IMG/VR virus record: IMGVR_UViG_3300027963_000094
Span: 1 to 54,978 of that record
DNA from: a virus
Lineage: Duplodnaviria > Caudoviricetes
Strand: one strand, 5' to 3'
DNA: 54,978 nucleotides
The notes under the pieces are model-generated. The model saw nothing but the letters and a program-made list of their open reading frames with translations, was not told the origin of the DNA and did no database searches. Each line of letters begins with the position of its first letter. Within the stretch, counting starts at the first letter, position 1. Shown piece after piece: positions 28,041 to 37,220 of the stretch. The position numbers were made by a program, and so were the translations under genes.

Positions 28041-28675
28041 TGGCATACTCAAACTCATCAATCAAAACATACGAAGACTGCCCTTACAAGTATAAGCTGA
28101 CTCGCATTGAGCATCGGCATGAGCCGGCAGGCGACGCCGCGGAACGTGGCAAGATGATTCACGCCGAGTTTGAAGACGCTTTAATCAATCTCAATCTAAT
28201 TCCTGATGAACGCAAGTTCTGGTTTCCTTACCTTGAAGAGCTTGTTGCAAAGAAAACACGCAGCGAGGTAGAGTTTGCTGTAACCAAAGATTGGCAACCG
28301 TGTGACTTCAAGGCCCCCGAGGCTTGGGTAAGGGGTATCTATGATGCTGTGTATTTCGATGGCGCCAGAGCCCACGTCCTTGACTGGAAGACCGGCAAAG
28401 AGCGTGAGTACGGTGATCAGTTAAAGTTGTATGCAACAATCATCTTGTCCAGCCACCCAGAAGTGGAGACCGTAACCACCGAGATTTGCTACATTGACTT
28501 AAACAAGCAATCACCCTACCCAGCGTACACACGCAAAGACTTTCCAACATTGCAAGCTTGGCTGTCAGCACGTGTAGGCAAACTTGAGAATGATGACGTC
28601 TTTGCGCCTAAACCGTCTTATGGCTGCAGGTGGTGCCACTTCCGCAAATCCAATGGCGGGCCCTGCCAGTGGTAA
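28037..28675 (+). CDS. PD-(D/E)XK exonuclease (Cas4/RecB-like)
   Basis: SSIKTYEDCP, RGKMIHAEFE, GIYD...LDWKTGK, QLKLYA and C-terminal CRWCHF...C cluster. Confidence 0.85.
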   Translation: MMAYSNSSIKTYEDCPYKYKLTRIEHRHEPAGDAAERGKMIHAEFEDALINLNLIPDERKFWFPYLEELVAKKTRSEVEFAVTKDWQPCDFKAPEAWVRGIYDAVYFDGARAHVLDWKTGKEREYGDQLKLYATIILSSHPEVETVTTEICYIDLNKQSPYPAYTRKDFPTLQAWLSARVGKLENDDVFAPKPSYGCRWCHFRKSNGGPCQW

Positions 28676-28956
28676 CCGCGGTTTTGCTTGAGCGGCATTT
28701 GGAGACTTACTTCTCTGCAGCTTGCAAGAAACGTGGCTTGCTTACGTTGAAGTTGAACGTACGCTATGCCCGTGGTTGGCCCGATCGTATTGTGCCGTTG
28801 AAAGGTGGCGGGGTTTTGTGGGTAGAACTAAAGCGGCCCGGGGGTAAAACCTCAGCGCTGCAGGACAAGGTGCATAACGACTTGCAAAAGTTTGGCCACC
28901 ACGTCCACATCATTGACTCTAAGGAAGGTATTGACAATGTTTTGGGAACCGCATGA
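28669..28956 (+). CDS. VRR-NUC domain nuclease
   Basis: GWPDRIV...WVELKRPGGK.SALQ pattern. Confidence 0.85.
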   Translation: MVTAVLLERHLETYFSAACKKRGLLTLKLNVRYARGWPDRIVPLKGGGVLWVELKRPGGKTSALQDKVHNDLQKFGHHVHIIDSKEGIDNVLGTA

Positions 28957-30334
28957 GTACCAGAAAGAAGCTGTAAAGTTTCTGGTGGAAAAAGGCTCGG
29001 CAGCTTTATGGCTGGATCCCGGGCTTGGTAAAACAGCTGTTGTGCTATCGGCTTTTAGAATCCTGAAGCTTAAAGGTTTGGCCAAGAAAATGCTGGTCAT
29101 TGCTCCACTCAGGCCTGTGCATGGCGTGTGGCCGCCTGAAGCTAAGAAGTGGGAGCAGTTTGCAGATTACTCAGTTGGCGTGCTGCATGGTGGAACCAAG
29201 GCTAAAGTCTTAAAGCAACAGCATGACATATATGTTATCAACTTTGAAGGCCTTGGCTGGCTGTCTTCGCAACTTAATGGCAAAGATTGGCCCTTCCAAA
29301 TCCTGACGGTGGATGAGATATCTTATATGAAAAACACCCAAACTCAAAGGTTTAAGACAATAAAGCCTTTGCTGGACAAGTTTGACCGCAGGTGGGGCTT
29401 AACCGGATCACCAGCGCCAAACAGTTTGCTTGACATCTTCGGCCCTCAGCTTATCCTTGACCAAGGTGCTACCTTTGGCCCTTACATCTCACGATTCCGT
29501 ACTGAATACTTCTTCCCTTCCGGTTACGGCGGGTATGAGTGGAAGCTGCAATCAGACGGTGAGGCTAGGATTCATGCGGCTTTGGCTGGCAAGGTGCTTC
29601 GTATGGCGGCGCTGGACCATCTAGATCTGCCCGAGTTAACTTACAACGACATTATGGTAGATCTACCACCTAATGCCAGAAAACTGTACGACGCCTTTGA
29701 AAACAACCTGACAGTGGAATTGAATAGCGGGAATGTAACGGCTGTCAACGCTGCTGTGGCCGTAATGAAAGGCCAGCAAATTGCCAATGGTGGCTCATAC
29801 TTGGATGATGATGGGAGTGGTAATGCTAGAATCTCAACGCATCTTCATGACGCGAAGACTGAAGCGGTTCTCGATCTGGTCGAGGAGCTATCAGGGCAAC
29901 CTTGCATCATCGGTTATCATTTTACGCATGACCTCGAGAGGCTTAAGGTTGCCTTTCCTAATGCGCCTATCATTGGCAGTGGGGTTATTGGTCGTAAACT
30001 TGATTCTGTTATTGATGATTGGAACGCCGGTAAGACATCAGTTCTTCTGGCTCACCCAATGTCGGCGGGTCACGGTCTTAACTTACAAGGTACTGGGCAT
30101 GCTGTCATCTGGTATTCGCTGACTTGGAGCCTTGAGATCTATGAACAGTTTATTCGCAGACTCTGGAGGCAGGGTCAAAAGAATCATATTGTTGTTCACC
30201 ACATCATGGCCAAAGACACCATTGATGAAGCCATTATGATGGCCATCAGAAGAAAAGATAAAACGCAGCAAACTTTGTTAACCGCAGTGCGTGATTACGT
30301 TAATCGTGATACAATCAATCCCGTTGACCATTGA
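28937..30334 (+). CDS. SNF2-family (DEAD-like) helicase
   Basis: HEYQ, LDPGLGKT, VDEIS, LTGSP, SAGHGLNLQ and RLWRQGQ motifs. Confidence 0.9.
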   Translation: MFWEPHEYQKEAVKFLVEKGSAALWLDPGLGKTAVVLSAFRILKLKGLAKKMLVIAPLRPVHGVWPPEAKKWEQFADYSVGVLHGGTKAKVLKQQHDIYVINFEGLGWLSSQLNGKDWPFQILTVDEISYMKNTQTQRFKTIKPLLDKFDRRWGLTGSPAPNSLLDIFGPQLILDQGATFGPYISRFRTEYFFPSGYGGYEWKLQSDGEARIHAALAGKVLRMAALDHLDLPELTYNDIMVDLPPNARKLYDAFENNLTVELNSGNVTAVNAAVAVMKGQQIANGGSYLDDDGSGNARISTHLHDAKTEAVLDLVEELSGQPCIIGYHFTHDLERLKVAFPNAPIIGSGVIGRKLDSVIDDWNAGKTSVLLAHPMSAGHGLNLQGTGHAVIWYSLTWSLEIYEQFIRRLWRQGQKNHIVVHHIMAKDTIDEAIMMAIRRKDKTQQTLLTAVRDYVNRDTINPVDH

Positions 30335-30338
30335 AAGG
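30307..30338 (+). promoter_or_regulatory. Extended -10 promoter and RBS box for the base-modification operon
   Basis: TG-A-TACAAT at 30307-30315; TGACCATTGAAAGG at 30325-30338. Confidence 0.55.
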
Positions 30339-30345
30339 AATCTAT

Positions 30346-30618
30346 ATGCAACTTACCGCTATTGTCGAAAGACCTAACCCCATACAACAGGAAGATACTG
30401 ACATGTCAGAAGCAAAGCTACGCGCCCGTGCAAACAAAAAAGCAATCATTACTTTGGTTGCAGAAACCAACCCAAAGCGTAACAACACATTGTCACGTGA
30501 ACGTTTTGCTTTGTACCGCACTGGCATGACAGTTGCTGAATACATTCAAGCCGGTGGCAGATCAGGCGATGTGAATCACGACGCTGCTGAGGGCTACATC
30601 ACGCTTGCATTGCCATGA
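30346..30618 (+). CDS. Small conserved phage protein (NPKR...RF..Y..GMTV.EY...GG..D)
   Basis: ATG at 30346 (or an internal Met near 30403); stop overlaps the start of the glycosyltransferase-like gene. Confidence 0.7.
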   Translation: MQLTAIVERPNPIQQEDTDMSEAKLRARANKKAIITLVAETNPKRNNTLSRERFALYRTGMTVAEYIQAGGRSGDVNHDAAEGYITLALP

Positions 30619-31526
30619 ATATCTTAATTACCGGCGTTACAGAGACGCATACCAACCATCCACAGCGTGCTAGCTCTACCAAGTTTATTTCCATCCCCGA
30701 ATTGATGGCATCAGCTTTTGGTCGTATGGGGCATCACGTTGATCATCGTGCCGTTACATCGGGTGAAGACCTCTCACGTTACGACAAAGTGTTTGTGTAC
30801 CTATACCCCTTGGATCACAATGCTTTGAACCCTGATGGGGCCTTGTGGGCCTTAGAAAGCCGCTTTGATGCGTATGTTTGCCTTGATGATTGGGCTTTCC
30901 AAAAGATCCTACCATCATGGGAAAATAAGATCGCACCAGAATCATTGTGTGAGCATACATGGATTGCGCCGCTATTTCCATGGGGCAGCACACAAGCCAT
31001 GGGTTTGCCAGTGGAAGACATTATTGCATGGGATCCAAGCCCGCTGTATGAAATGCCTGCTGTGCATCAAATGTCTTGGGATCGTCGCAAAACCGAGTGG
31101 TACAATGCATCCCTTTCAAAAGAGGCGCATGACTGGGCTTCGGCACAACACCTTGCATGGCCTATTCACAGTGTAGGTGGCAAGGCACTAGGTCAGCCTA
31201 GAATCCTTGAGTCCGATGTTGTTTGGCAGTACGGTAGCTATAAAGGCGTGCTGTGCCCTACGTATAAGCATGCAGGCTGCGGTTGGTGGCGTGTTCGTTA
31301 CTTGCACGCCGCGCATGCCGGCTGCGTTCTTGGCGGCGACCCCAAGGAGCTTGGCGTCATTGACCCATCATACGATTACACACTCCATGAATTAGAAAGC
31401 ATGGATGATTACCAACTTCAACTGACTGCAGCGCAGCAGGCTACTTACTTGCGCACCGCGTCGCTTGAAGACACACTATCAAAACTTGAGGGTATCTTAA
31501 ATGATCGTAATTCTAGAAGGGGCTGA
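30615..31526 (+). CDS. Putative DNA glycosyltransferase (GT-B / T4 BGT-like)
   Basis: Rossmann-like start MNILITG...MGHHVD...DLSRYDKVFV...LDDW; C-terminal GVLCPTY.HAGCGWWRVRY; adjacent to a dNMP kinase and a dCMP-type TS homolog. Confidence 0.55.
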   Translation: MNILITGVTETHTNHPQRASSTKFISIPELMASAFGRMGHHVDHRAVTSGEDLSRYDKVFVYLYPLDHNALNPDGALWALESRFDAYVCLDDWAFQKILPSWENKIAPESLCEHTWIAPLFPWGSTQAMGLPVEDIIAWDPSPLYEMPAVHQMSWDRRKTEWYNASLSKEAHDWASAQHLAWPIHSVGGKALGQPRILESDVVWQYGSYKGVLCPTYKHAGCGWWRVRYLHAAHAGCVLGGDPKELGVIDPSYDYTLHELESMDDYQLQLTAAQQATYLRTASLEDTLSKLEGILNDRNSRRG

Positions 31527-32442
31527 TGGCGGGGGAAAGACTACCCTGTCAGAGACCTTGCGACAACGATTGCAGAAGGACAAGATGACCCATGTCGTAA
31601 AGCATGGTCCTTATCGTGGTATGAATACCGAGGACCTTTGCCGTACGTATTTTCGTGGCATGACAGCGGCGTTGACCTACGATGACCACGTCATCATGGA
31701 TAGGTCATGGCTGTCTGAGCCAGTCTATGGCAACGTGTACCGTAAAGGGGATAACCGCATTGATATGCCGCGCCGTAGAATGTTAGAGCGTGCAGCCTTG
31801 GCACGAGGTGTTGTGGTTATTCATTGCCAACCGGATTTTGAAGTGTGTATGCAAACATTCAAAGATCGCATTGAGGATGAGTACTTGGATAATATCAAAC
31901 AATTGGAGCAAGTGTATGAAGGCTACACATCATTGCCTATGGATACCTCACTGCCAGTCATCACCTACGACTATACCAAAGATGATATAGAAGAGTTGTT
32001 CATTAAGCTTGCAACCAAGACAATGACTAACAAATCATCCGGTGGCGGCGCCTTTGTTGAAGGCAATACACTAATGCTTTGCGATAAGGGGCCTCGTACA
32101 AATGTTAAGTCCACCGCAGCCGTGGTGCCTTTCATTAACTTCTTGGATAATGATGGCCCTAGCAGAATGCTGGCTGAAACTCTGGAGCGTGAGAATGTAC
32201 CTGAAACTGGTTTGTACTGGGTTAACACTCAAACTTACCAAGGCACACCTATGGATTCAGCCTTCATCAAACAACTGAAGCCAAAACGTATCTACGCCCT
32301 TGGCAACAATGCCTACACGTGGGCAATAAACAATGAAGTGCCGGTAATTAAGTTACCACCGCCTTTGTATCATATGCAACACTATCCCGACCAACCCTAT
32401 TTAATTACGGAAGCTGATTATGGAAATGCTGATTCGCAATGA
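31501..32442 (+). CDS. dNMP kinase fused to a degenerate UDG-like domain
   Basis: P-loop EGADGGGKTT and DRSWLSEPVYG; C-terminal LYWVN...LKPKRIYALGNNA...KLPPP resembles the UDG superfamily. Confidence 0.8.
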   Translation: MIVILEGADGGGKTTLSETLRQRLQKDKMTHVVKHGPYRGMNTEDLCRTYFRGMTAALTYDDHVIMDRSWLSEPVYGNVYRKGDNRIDMPRRRMLERAALARGVVVIHCQPDFEVCMQTFKDRIEDEYLDNIKQLEQVYEGYTSLPMDTSLPVITYDYTKDDIEELFIKLATKTMTNKSSGGGAFVEGNTLMLCDKGPRTNVKSTAAVVPFINFLDNDGPSRMLAETLERENVPETGLYWVNTQTYQGTPMDSAFIKQLKPKRIYALGNNAYTWAINNEVPVIKLPPPLYHMQHYPDQPYLITEADYGNADSQ

Positions 32443-33202
32443 GCCTGAGCTCATCAATCTTTACAACGTGCTGCAGCAGCATGGCACTTGGACAAGTCCA
32501 CGTGGTGAACGGTGCCTTGAGATTGAAAACTTTACTTACACGGTCAACCCCTTTGTAAGGTTCAATTCATTCAAAGGTCGTAACTTCAATGTGAAGTACC
32601 TTAAGCGCGAAATGTCTTGGTACATCAAAGCTGACCCGTATGATCTTAGCATTGCTGATCACGCTGCGCAGTGGGGCAAGATTGTAGCCAACGGCAAGTT
32701 GAATAGCAACTACGGCAGCTATTGGTTTGGCAAACACGGCGCTCTGCATATTGCAAAGTTGCTGACGCAGGATCCAATGTCCCGCCGCGCTGTGATTCCA
32801 ATGTACGGCACTGACATAGACCATATGGATATAGAGGCAAAGGATGTTCCATGCACGCTGGCCATTGAGTTCCGAATCAGGAATGGTAGATTGAACGCCA
32901 GAGCCATCATGCGAAGCCAAGATATTCTTTGGGGCATGGCAAATGACTTGCCAACTTTCAGCTTTTTGCAGGAAATTGTGGCTAACTTGGTTGGCGCCGA
33001 GATGGGAACATTGACAATATCTGCAGGTTCTTTCCATGTCTATGAGTCTCGATTAACCATGTTCAATGACATCATCAATACCAATATCCATGAAGTGCTG
33101 GTTGACAAGCCTCCACGGATTAACAGGTACGAGGCCAATCTCTTGGCAGTCAAATCCATTAACCCTACTTTTGAGTTTGCAAAATGGCTATCGAACGTGT
33201 AG
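32420..33202 (+). CDS. Thymidylate-synthase-fold dCMP-modifying enzyme (dCMP hydroxymethylase-like)
   Basis: SPRG, SRRA, catalytic PCT, MRSQDILWGMANDL (Asp where dUMP-specific ThyA has Asn), GSFHVYE. Confidence 0.85.
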   Translation: MEMLIRNEPELINLYNVLQQHGTWTSPRGERCLEIENFTYTVNPFVRFNSFKGRNFNVKYLKREMSWYIKADPYDLSIADHAAQWGKIVANGKLNSNYGSYWFGKHGALHIAKLLTQDPMSRRAVIPMYGTDIDHMDIEAKDVPCTLAIEFRIRNGRLNARAIMRSQDILWGMANDLPTFSFLQEIVANLVGAEMGTLTISAGSFHVYESRLTMFNDIINTNIHEVLVDKPPRINRYEANLLAVKSINPTFEFAKWLSNV

Positions 33203-33366
33203 ATTTATCATTCGCTGTTCAAAAAGAACTTAGAATATTTGTTTTTGAACTTATTCGTGACGGTTATCAAATGGAGGATATACTGACGGCATTGGCCGCT
33301 CTAAAAGTGGAAATGGCTTCTGCCATGGTTTGGCAAGATGTAATAAGTACAAAAGACGTGATATAA
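33184..33366 (+). CDS. Hypothetical protein
   Basis: 60-aa ORF overlapping the end of the TS homolog. Confidence 0.55.
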   Translation: MAIERVDLSFAVQKELRIFVFELIRDGYQMEDILTALAALKVEMASAMVWQDVISTKDVI

Positions 33367-33414
33367 TTCACGTTATGGGATAACCCCATACTTTGTAAAC
33401 TGACTATTGAAAGG
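33359..33414 (+). promoter_or_regulatory. Extended -10 promoter/leader element (TGATATAATTCAC-hairpin-AACTGACTATTGAAAGG)
   Basis: Perfect TGnTATAAT; TATGGG/CCCATA hairpin; box shared with 21913-21929. Confidence 0.7.
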
Positions 33415-33421
33415 AATTGAA

Positions 33422-34132
33422 ATGTTAAATAAAATTCGTTGGACCAAGATAGAACGCAGCATCGTCATTGAGACGGCAGTGACGTTCTACAATGAAGGCA
33501 CCTATAGCCCAATTGCAGCAATTAGACAAGCTCAGCAAGTTGTGCTATTGCCCAATCGCCGCCGCACACTTGCTAGCCACTCAGCAGCGCCTGACTTGAT
33601 CAAATTGCTCAAGCAAAAGGCGGCGCAGGATGTGCCAAAGCAAAAGGTGGTGGAAACTACCACACCAGTGGAAATAATGCCTCCAGCGCCACTGGTAGTG
33701 CCTAAAACCGATGCACCAGTTGATCTCGTTGAGCAGTTGGTGAATACTATTACACAACGATTCATTCTGGGGCTTCGTGAAAGCCTGCAGATTGCCGTTA
33801 AAGAGCTTGAGCATGAGTTTAAGCTTCCAAGGCATAACCCTGAGTACAACGCAATTGGCAAGTCATTGCCTAAGGTAGTCATCATTGGGTTGCTGGGTGA
33901 TCAGGTCTACGCCATCACCAAAGAATTCTCTGATCGGTACGAGGTAAAATGCATTGATACTGATAGAGCCATGGGTATGTCACCGCCACAAGCTAATGCA
34001 TACCTTTTGATGAAGAACTTCATCAACCATCCGCTGTACCACAAGTACCAAGCATTTCCCAATCATGTTTTAATAGACGGCGGCATGTCAACACTTCGCA
34101 TGTGGCTCAATACTAAAGGACAAGACTTATGA
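33422..34132 (+). CDS. Hypothetical protein with C-terminal DUF2325-like domain
   Basis: 236 aa; KVVIIGLLGDQ...FINH...DGGMSTL. Confidence 0.65.
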   Translation: MLNKIRWTKIERSIVIETAVTFYNEGTYSPIAAIRQAQQVVLLPNRRRTLASHSAAPDLIKLLKQKAAQDVPKQKVVETTTPVEIMPPAPLVVPKTDAPVDLVEQLVNTITQRFILGLRESLQIAVKELEHEFKLPRHNPEYNAIGKSLPKVVIIGLLGDQVYAITKEFSDRYEVKCIDTDRAMGMSPPQANAYLLMKNFINHPLYHKYQAFPNHVLIDGGMSTLRMWLNTKGQDL

Positions 34133-34341
34133 CAACCGAGGATTTTGTGTATACACCTTCATCAACTTGCATCACCGAAAGATGGCGCCGCGTTTACAAC
34201 TGGGTCCCCCCATCCGAGGATCCTGCGTATACCAAAAAGTGGTATGACTTCAGAGCCAGATTTGCTCGAGGCCTTGAGGCTTTAGATCAAACCATTGATG
34301 TTCCGCAGTTCATCTCTATCAAGAAGTGGAAGAAGCAATGA
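34129..34341 (+). CDS. Hypothetical protein
   Basis: AAGGA RBS; FVYTPS...ITERWRR..WVPPSE. Confidence 0.7.
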   Translation: MTTEDFVYTPSSTCITERWRRVYNWVPPSEDPAYTKKWYDFRARFARGLEALDQTIDVPQFISIKKWKKQ

Positions 34342-34664
34342 AGCAAGCCCCTGACATGGTCAAAATGAGTTTTGATGATTGGGTAGATCTGCTCACGCAT
34401 ACTAACCACTTGGAACTGCTAAGTAATCCATACGACGTGTGGATCGAGGCTTTCCATGTAGGTAGTACTTTAGAGCGTAGGAACTGCGCGCATCAAATAC
34501 GCACAAGCATGGGGCTGGTTTCTTCAGAAGACTTTGATGATGACACGACTATGTCGGTCACCGATGTCAAGCAAATGCAAATTGGCTTACTTAAGAAAGT
34601 CTTGGAGATCTTAGAGCCTACCGCACAGACCCCGGCGGTTCCGATGGTGGAGGCAAAGCCATAG
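34338..34664 (+). CDS. Hypothetical protein
   Basis: Last plus-strand ORF; its 3' end overlaps the convergent virion gene by 47 bp. Confidence 0.65.
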   Translation: MKQAPDMVKMSFDDWVDLLTHTNHLELLSNPYDVWIEAFHVGSTLERRNCAHQIRTSMGLVSSEDFDDDTTMSVTDVKQMQIGLLKKVLEILEPTAQTPAVPMVEAKP

Positions 34665-35631
34665 GGTTAGCCTTAGGCGCTGCAGGCTCATTGTACTTAT
34701 CCAAAGCGTATTGCGCTCCTGTGGCGCCTAGTCCTACCGCAAGCCCTGGGATTTGAAGCCCTGGAACCATAGACATTAAACCGCCAGCGCCGGCCAAAGC
34801 TGATAGCACAGCTCCGGATGTATCACCATTCATATAACGTTGATAAGCTTCATAAAAGCTCATACCAGCCCCTGCACCGCCTAAGGCTCCACCAACAAGC
34901 GGCGCTTTAGCAACACTTGCCAACTTGGACATAGGCCCTGGAGTTGCGTCAGCCAACCGCTTAGCAGCGGCAGCTTCAGCAGCTGGCATTGCGGCGTTTC
35001 TTGCAGCAGTGGCAGCCTCGGCTTCTTTGCCTTGCGCAATAAGTCTATCCACCAAAGACGGTTTGATTTGCCCGGGCTCGCCGGTAAAGAGGTCAGGCCC
35101 AAACTTCTTGGTCAAGTTCTTGGTAACTTCACCTTGGCCTTTACTGCGCTGATACTGGCCTGCGGCTTGTGGAACTCCACCGGCAATCTCTTTATTTCCA
35201 CCAGCCCAATTCTGATACCACTTGGTGCCAGAAGTTGGCGTCTTGGCTGCAACAGGCTCAGGCTGAATGCCAGCCTTAAGTAACTCTTCATCCCGCAGCT
35301 TTTGCAACATGTCTTTAACACGCTGCTCTTCTTGAAGCTTCTTTACACCTTCAGCTGTTCGCATTTCCTGTGTTGGAAATAACTTGCCCATACCTTTTTG
35401 TACAAGCGGGCCAGATGCGGCGCCTACACCAGTGGCAACAGCTTTTTCTTCACCCGGCGACAAGCCTAGTTCAGGAACTAAGGTCTTACCTTTTTTGCCG
35501 GTAGTTGGCGCAGTCTTTGCAGCACCAATTGGCATGGCAAAGATGTCATCGAGTTGGTCTAAACCCTCAACCTGTGATGTACCCTGTTGGTCGCCAAAAA
35601 TAAGTGCATCCAGCTTGTCGTCTTTTGCCAT
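34618..35631 (-). CDS. Putative internal virion / DNA-ejection protein
   Basis: 337 aa with Gly/Ala-rich hydrophobic C-terminal helices; last gene of the tail operon. Confidence 0.6.
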   Translation of the reverse strand: MAKDDKLDALIFGDQQGTSQVEGLDQLDDIFAMPIGAAKTAPTTGKKGKTLVPELGLSPGEEKAVATGVGAASGPLVQKGMGKLFPTQEMRTAEGVKKLQEEQRVKDMLQKLRDEELLKAGIQPEPVAAKTPTSGTKWYQNWAGGNKEIAGGVPQAAGQYQRSKGQGEVTKNLTKKFGPDLFTGEPGQIKPSLVDRLIAQGKEAEAATAARNAAMPAAEAAAAKRLADATPGPMSKLASVAKAPLVGGALGGAGAGMSFYEAYQRYMNGDTSGAVLSALAGAGGLMSMVPGLQIPGLAVGLGATGAQYALDKYNEPAAPKANPMALPPPSEPPGSVR

Positions 35632-35642
35632 ACATTAGCTCT

Positions 35643-37214
35643 TTAAGGGTTAAATTGACGGAACAACTGCATCCGATAATCGGCGTAGTCTTTGTTGATC
35701 TTCTCATACACGCTGCCGGGGCTAAAGAATTGTCTTGGTGAAGCAGCGGGGCCAGCTTTGCTGGTGTACCCATCATATGCGCCGTATAAAGCTTCACGTT
35801 GCTTATTTAATAGCAACTGCTGGCGTGCCCATAACTGAACAGCACGTGATGAGTCATCAATACTTGCCATTGGTGCCTGTAAGAGCCTTGCATCGTTATC
35901 CGTGGGGTTAACACCCAATAAGCCTTTATTGGCTTTCACGTTGGATAAGAATTCAGTTCCTAAGATGCGACTAACATCACGCACAGCTTGCTGATCTTCA
36001 GGTGAAAGCTTAACACGCTGTAAGAATTCTTTGACTGGCAAACCAACTCTTACGTTGTATTGGCCGGCTTGAGCTTGAATACCTTCTTGCGCTGCCGTCA
36101 TCAAGCCAGAAAGCAAACCTTCATTTTGCATCATTGCAAAGATTTGCGGCTTACGTGTTGCAATCTCGTTCAACTGCTTTAAATTAGTATTGGATGATTC
36201 CAATAGCTGCGGCGTGTAGTTAAGGATCTCATCACGCTTGGCGTTAAATGACTTATCAGCTTCTTGCACACGTTGCTTTTGAATCTCAGCTTGTGATTGC
36301 AAAGGCATACCGCCCAAATCATTAGCCCTAGGCACTTGCCCGGGTGCAGGCATTGCAGGTTGAGCCATAACTGCTGGTGCTGGCGGTTGGCCTGCTTGTT
36401 GCTGCGCAACCAATGGCATAACAACAGGCGGCGGAGCTGGAGCACCGGGTATAGCACTTGGAGCTGCACCGGGCATTGCTGCTGGAGCTCCAGGCATTGC
36501 TGCAGCTGGCGCAGGCGGTTGAACAACTGGTGCTTGCGGCTTGCTACCTGCAAAACGCTGGCCACCGGGCATGATGGCAACTACAGCGTCGCCGTACTTG
36601 GCAATAAGATCAGCCTCAGTCATACCAAGCTTACGATCTTCAAGAGCGTTAGTAATTAGACGTTGATCTTGCTCTTGCTTAAATTTATCTCTATCAAGTT
36701 GGAGCTTGCCCATCTCATTCTGCATGGTGAATGTACCCTTGACAATCTCACCAACTTTAGGCGAGAGTTGCGCAACCATGGGGTAAATTTGTGCAAGCTT
36801 TGCTGCAACATCTGGAGTTACGTTGCCACTTGCTAATGCGGCTTCAACTTGAGCCGGTGCGACGCCTAAAGTGCTAGATAGTAATTGCAAAGCTTTGCCT
36901 TGGTTCTCTACTTCATATTTTTGACCAGCCAGCTGAGCTCGCATTTGCGCAATAGGTAGCTGAGCCTCGTTTTGTCTTTCTTGCTGCGCGCCAATAACAC
37001 CTGCTGCTCTGCCTGCTGCTTCACCAAAGTTGCCTGTGCGGCCGGGATCTAATAGCGCTGCGCCAACTTGAAACCAGTTAGGTCCTTGTTGCGTTCTTGC
37101 TTCCAACGCTGCAAGAGTCTTTTGAATTGCATCAAAATATTCAGTTTTAGCTCTATCATCTCCGCCAATCAGGAATGGCGTTGATGAAGGTAATGCGCCT
37201 GTTGGTGTTGCCAT
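35643..37214 (-). CDS. Putative internal virion / DNA-ejection protein
   Basis: 523 aa, helical, with a Pro/Ala/Gln linker (PAAMPGA repeats); LLDPGRTGNFGE motif. Confidence 0.6.
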   Translation of the reverse strand: MATPTGALPSSTPFLIGGDDRAKTEYFDAIQKTLAALEARTQQGPNWFQVGAALLDPGRTGNFGEAAGRAAGVIGAQQERQNEAQLPIAQMRAQLAGQKYEVENQGKALQLLSSTLGVAPAQVEAALASGNVTPDVAAKLAQIYPMVAQLSPKVGEIVKGTFTMQNEMGKLQLDRDKFKQEQDQRLITNALEDRKLGMTEADLIAKYGDAVVAIMPGGQRFAGSKPQAPVVQPPAPAAAMPGAPAAMPGAAPSAIPGAPAPPPVVMPLVAQQQAGQPPAPAVMAQPAMPAPGQVPRANDLGGMPLQSQAEIQKQRVQEADKSFNAKRDEILNYTPQLLESSNTNLKQLNEIATRKPQIFAMMQNEGLLSGLMTAAQEGIQAQAGQYNVRVGLPVKEFLQRVKLSPEDQQAVRDVSRILGTEFLSNVKANKGLLGVNPTDNDARLLQAPMASIDDSSRAVQLWARQQLLLNKQREALYGAYDGYTSKAGPAASPRQFFSPGSVYEKINKDYADYRMQLFRQFNP

Positions 37215-37220
37215 ATTGTG

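Noticed and set aside
28037-28675. CRISPR-Cas system, suggested by the Cas4-like nuclease
   Set aside because: No repeat-spacer array or other cas genes; stand-alone PD-(D/E)XK nucleases are routine in phage replication modules.
32420-33202. Ordinary thymidylate synthase thyA
   Set aside because: The specificity residue is Asp (ND) rather than Asn, and the kinase and glycosyltransferase-like neighbours point to dCMP modification.
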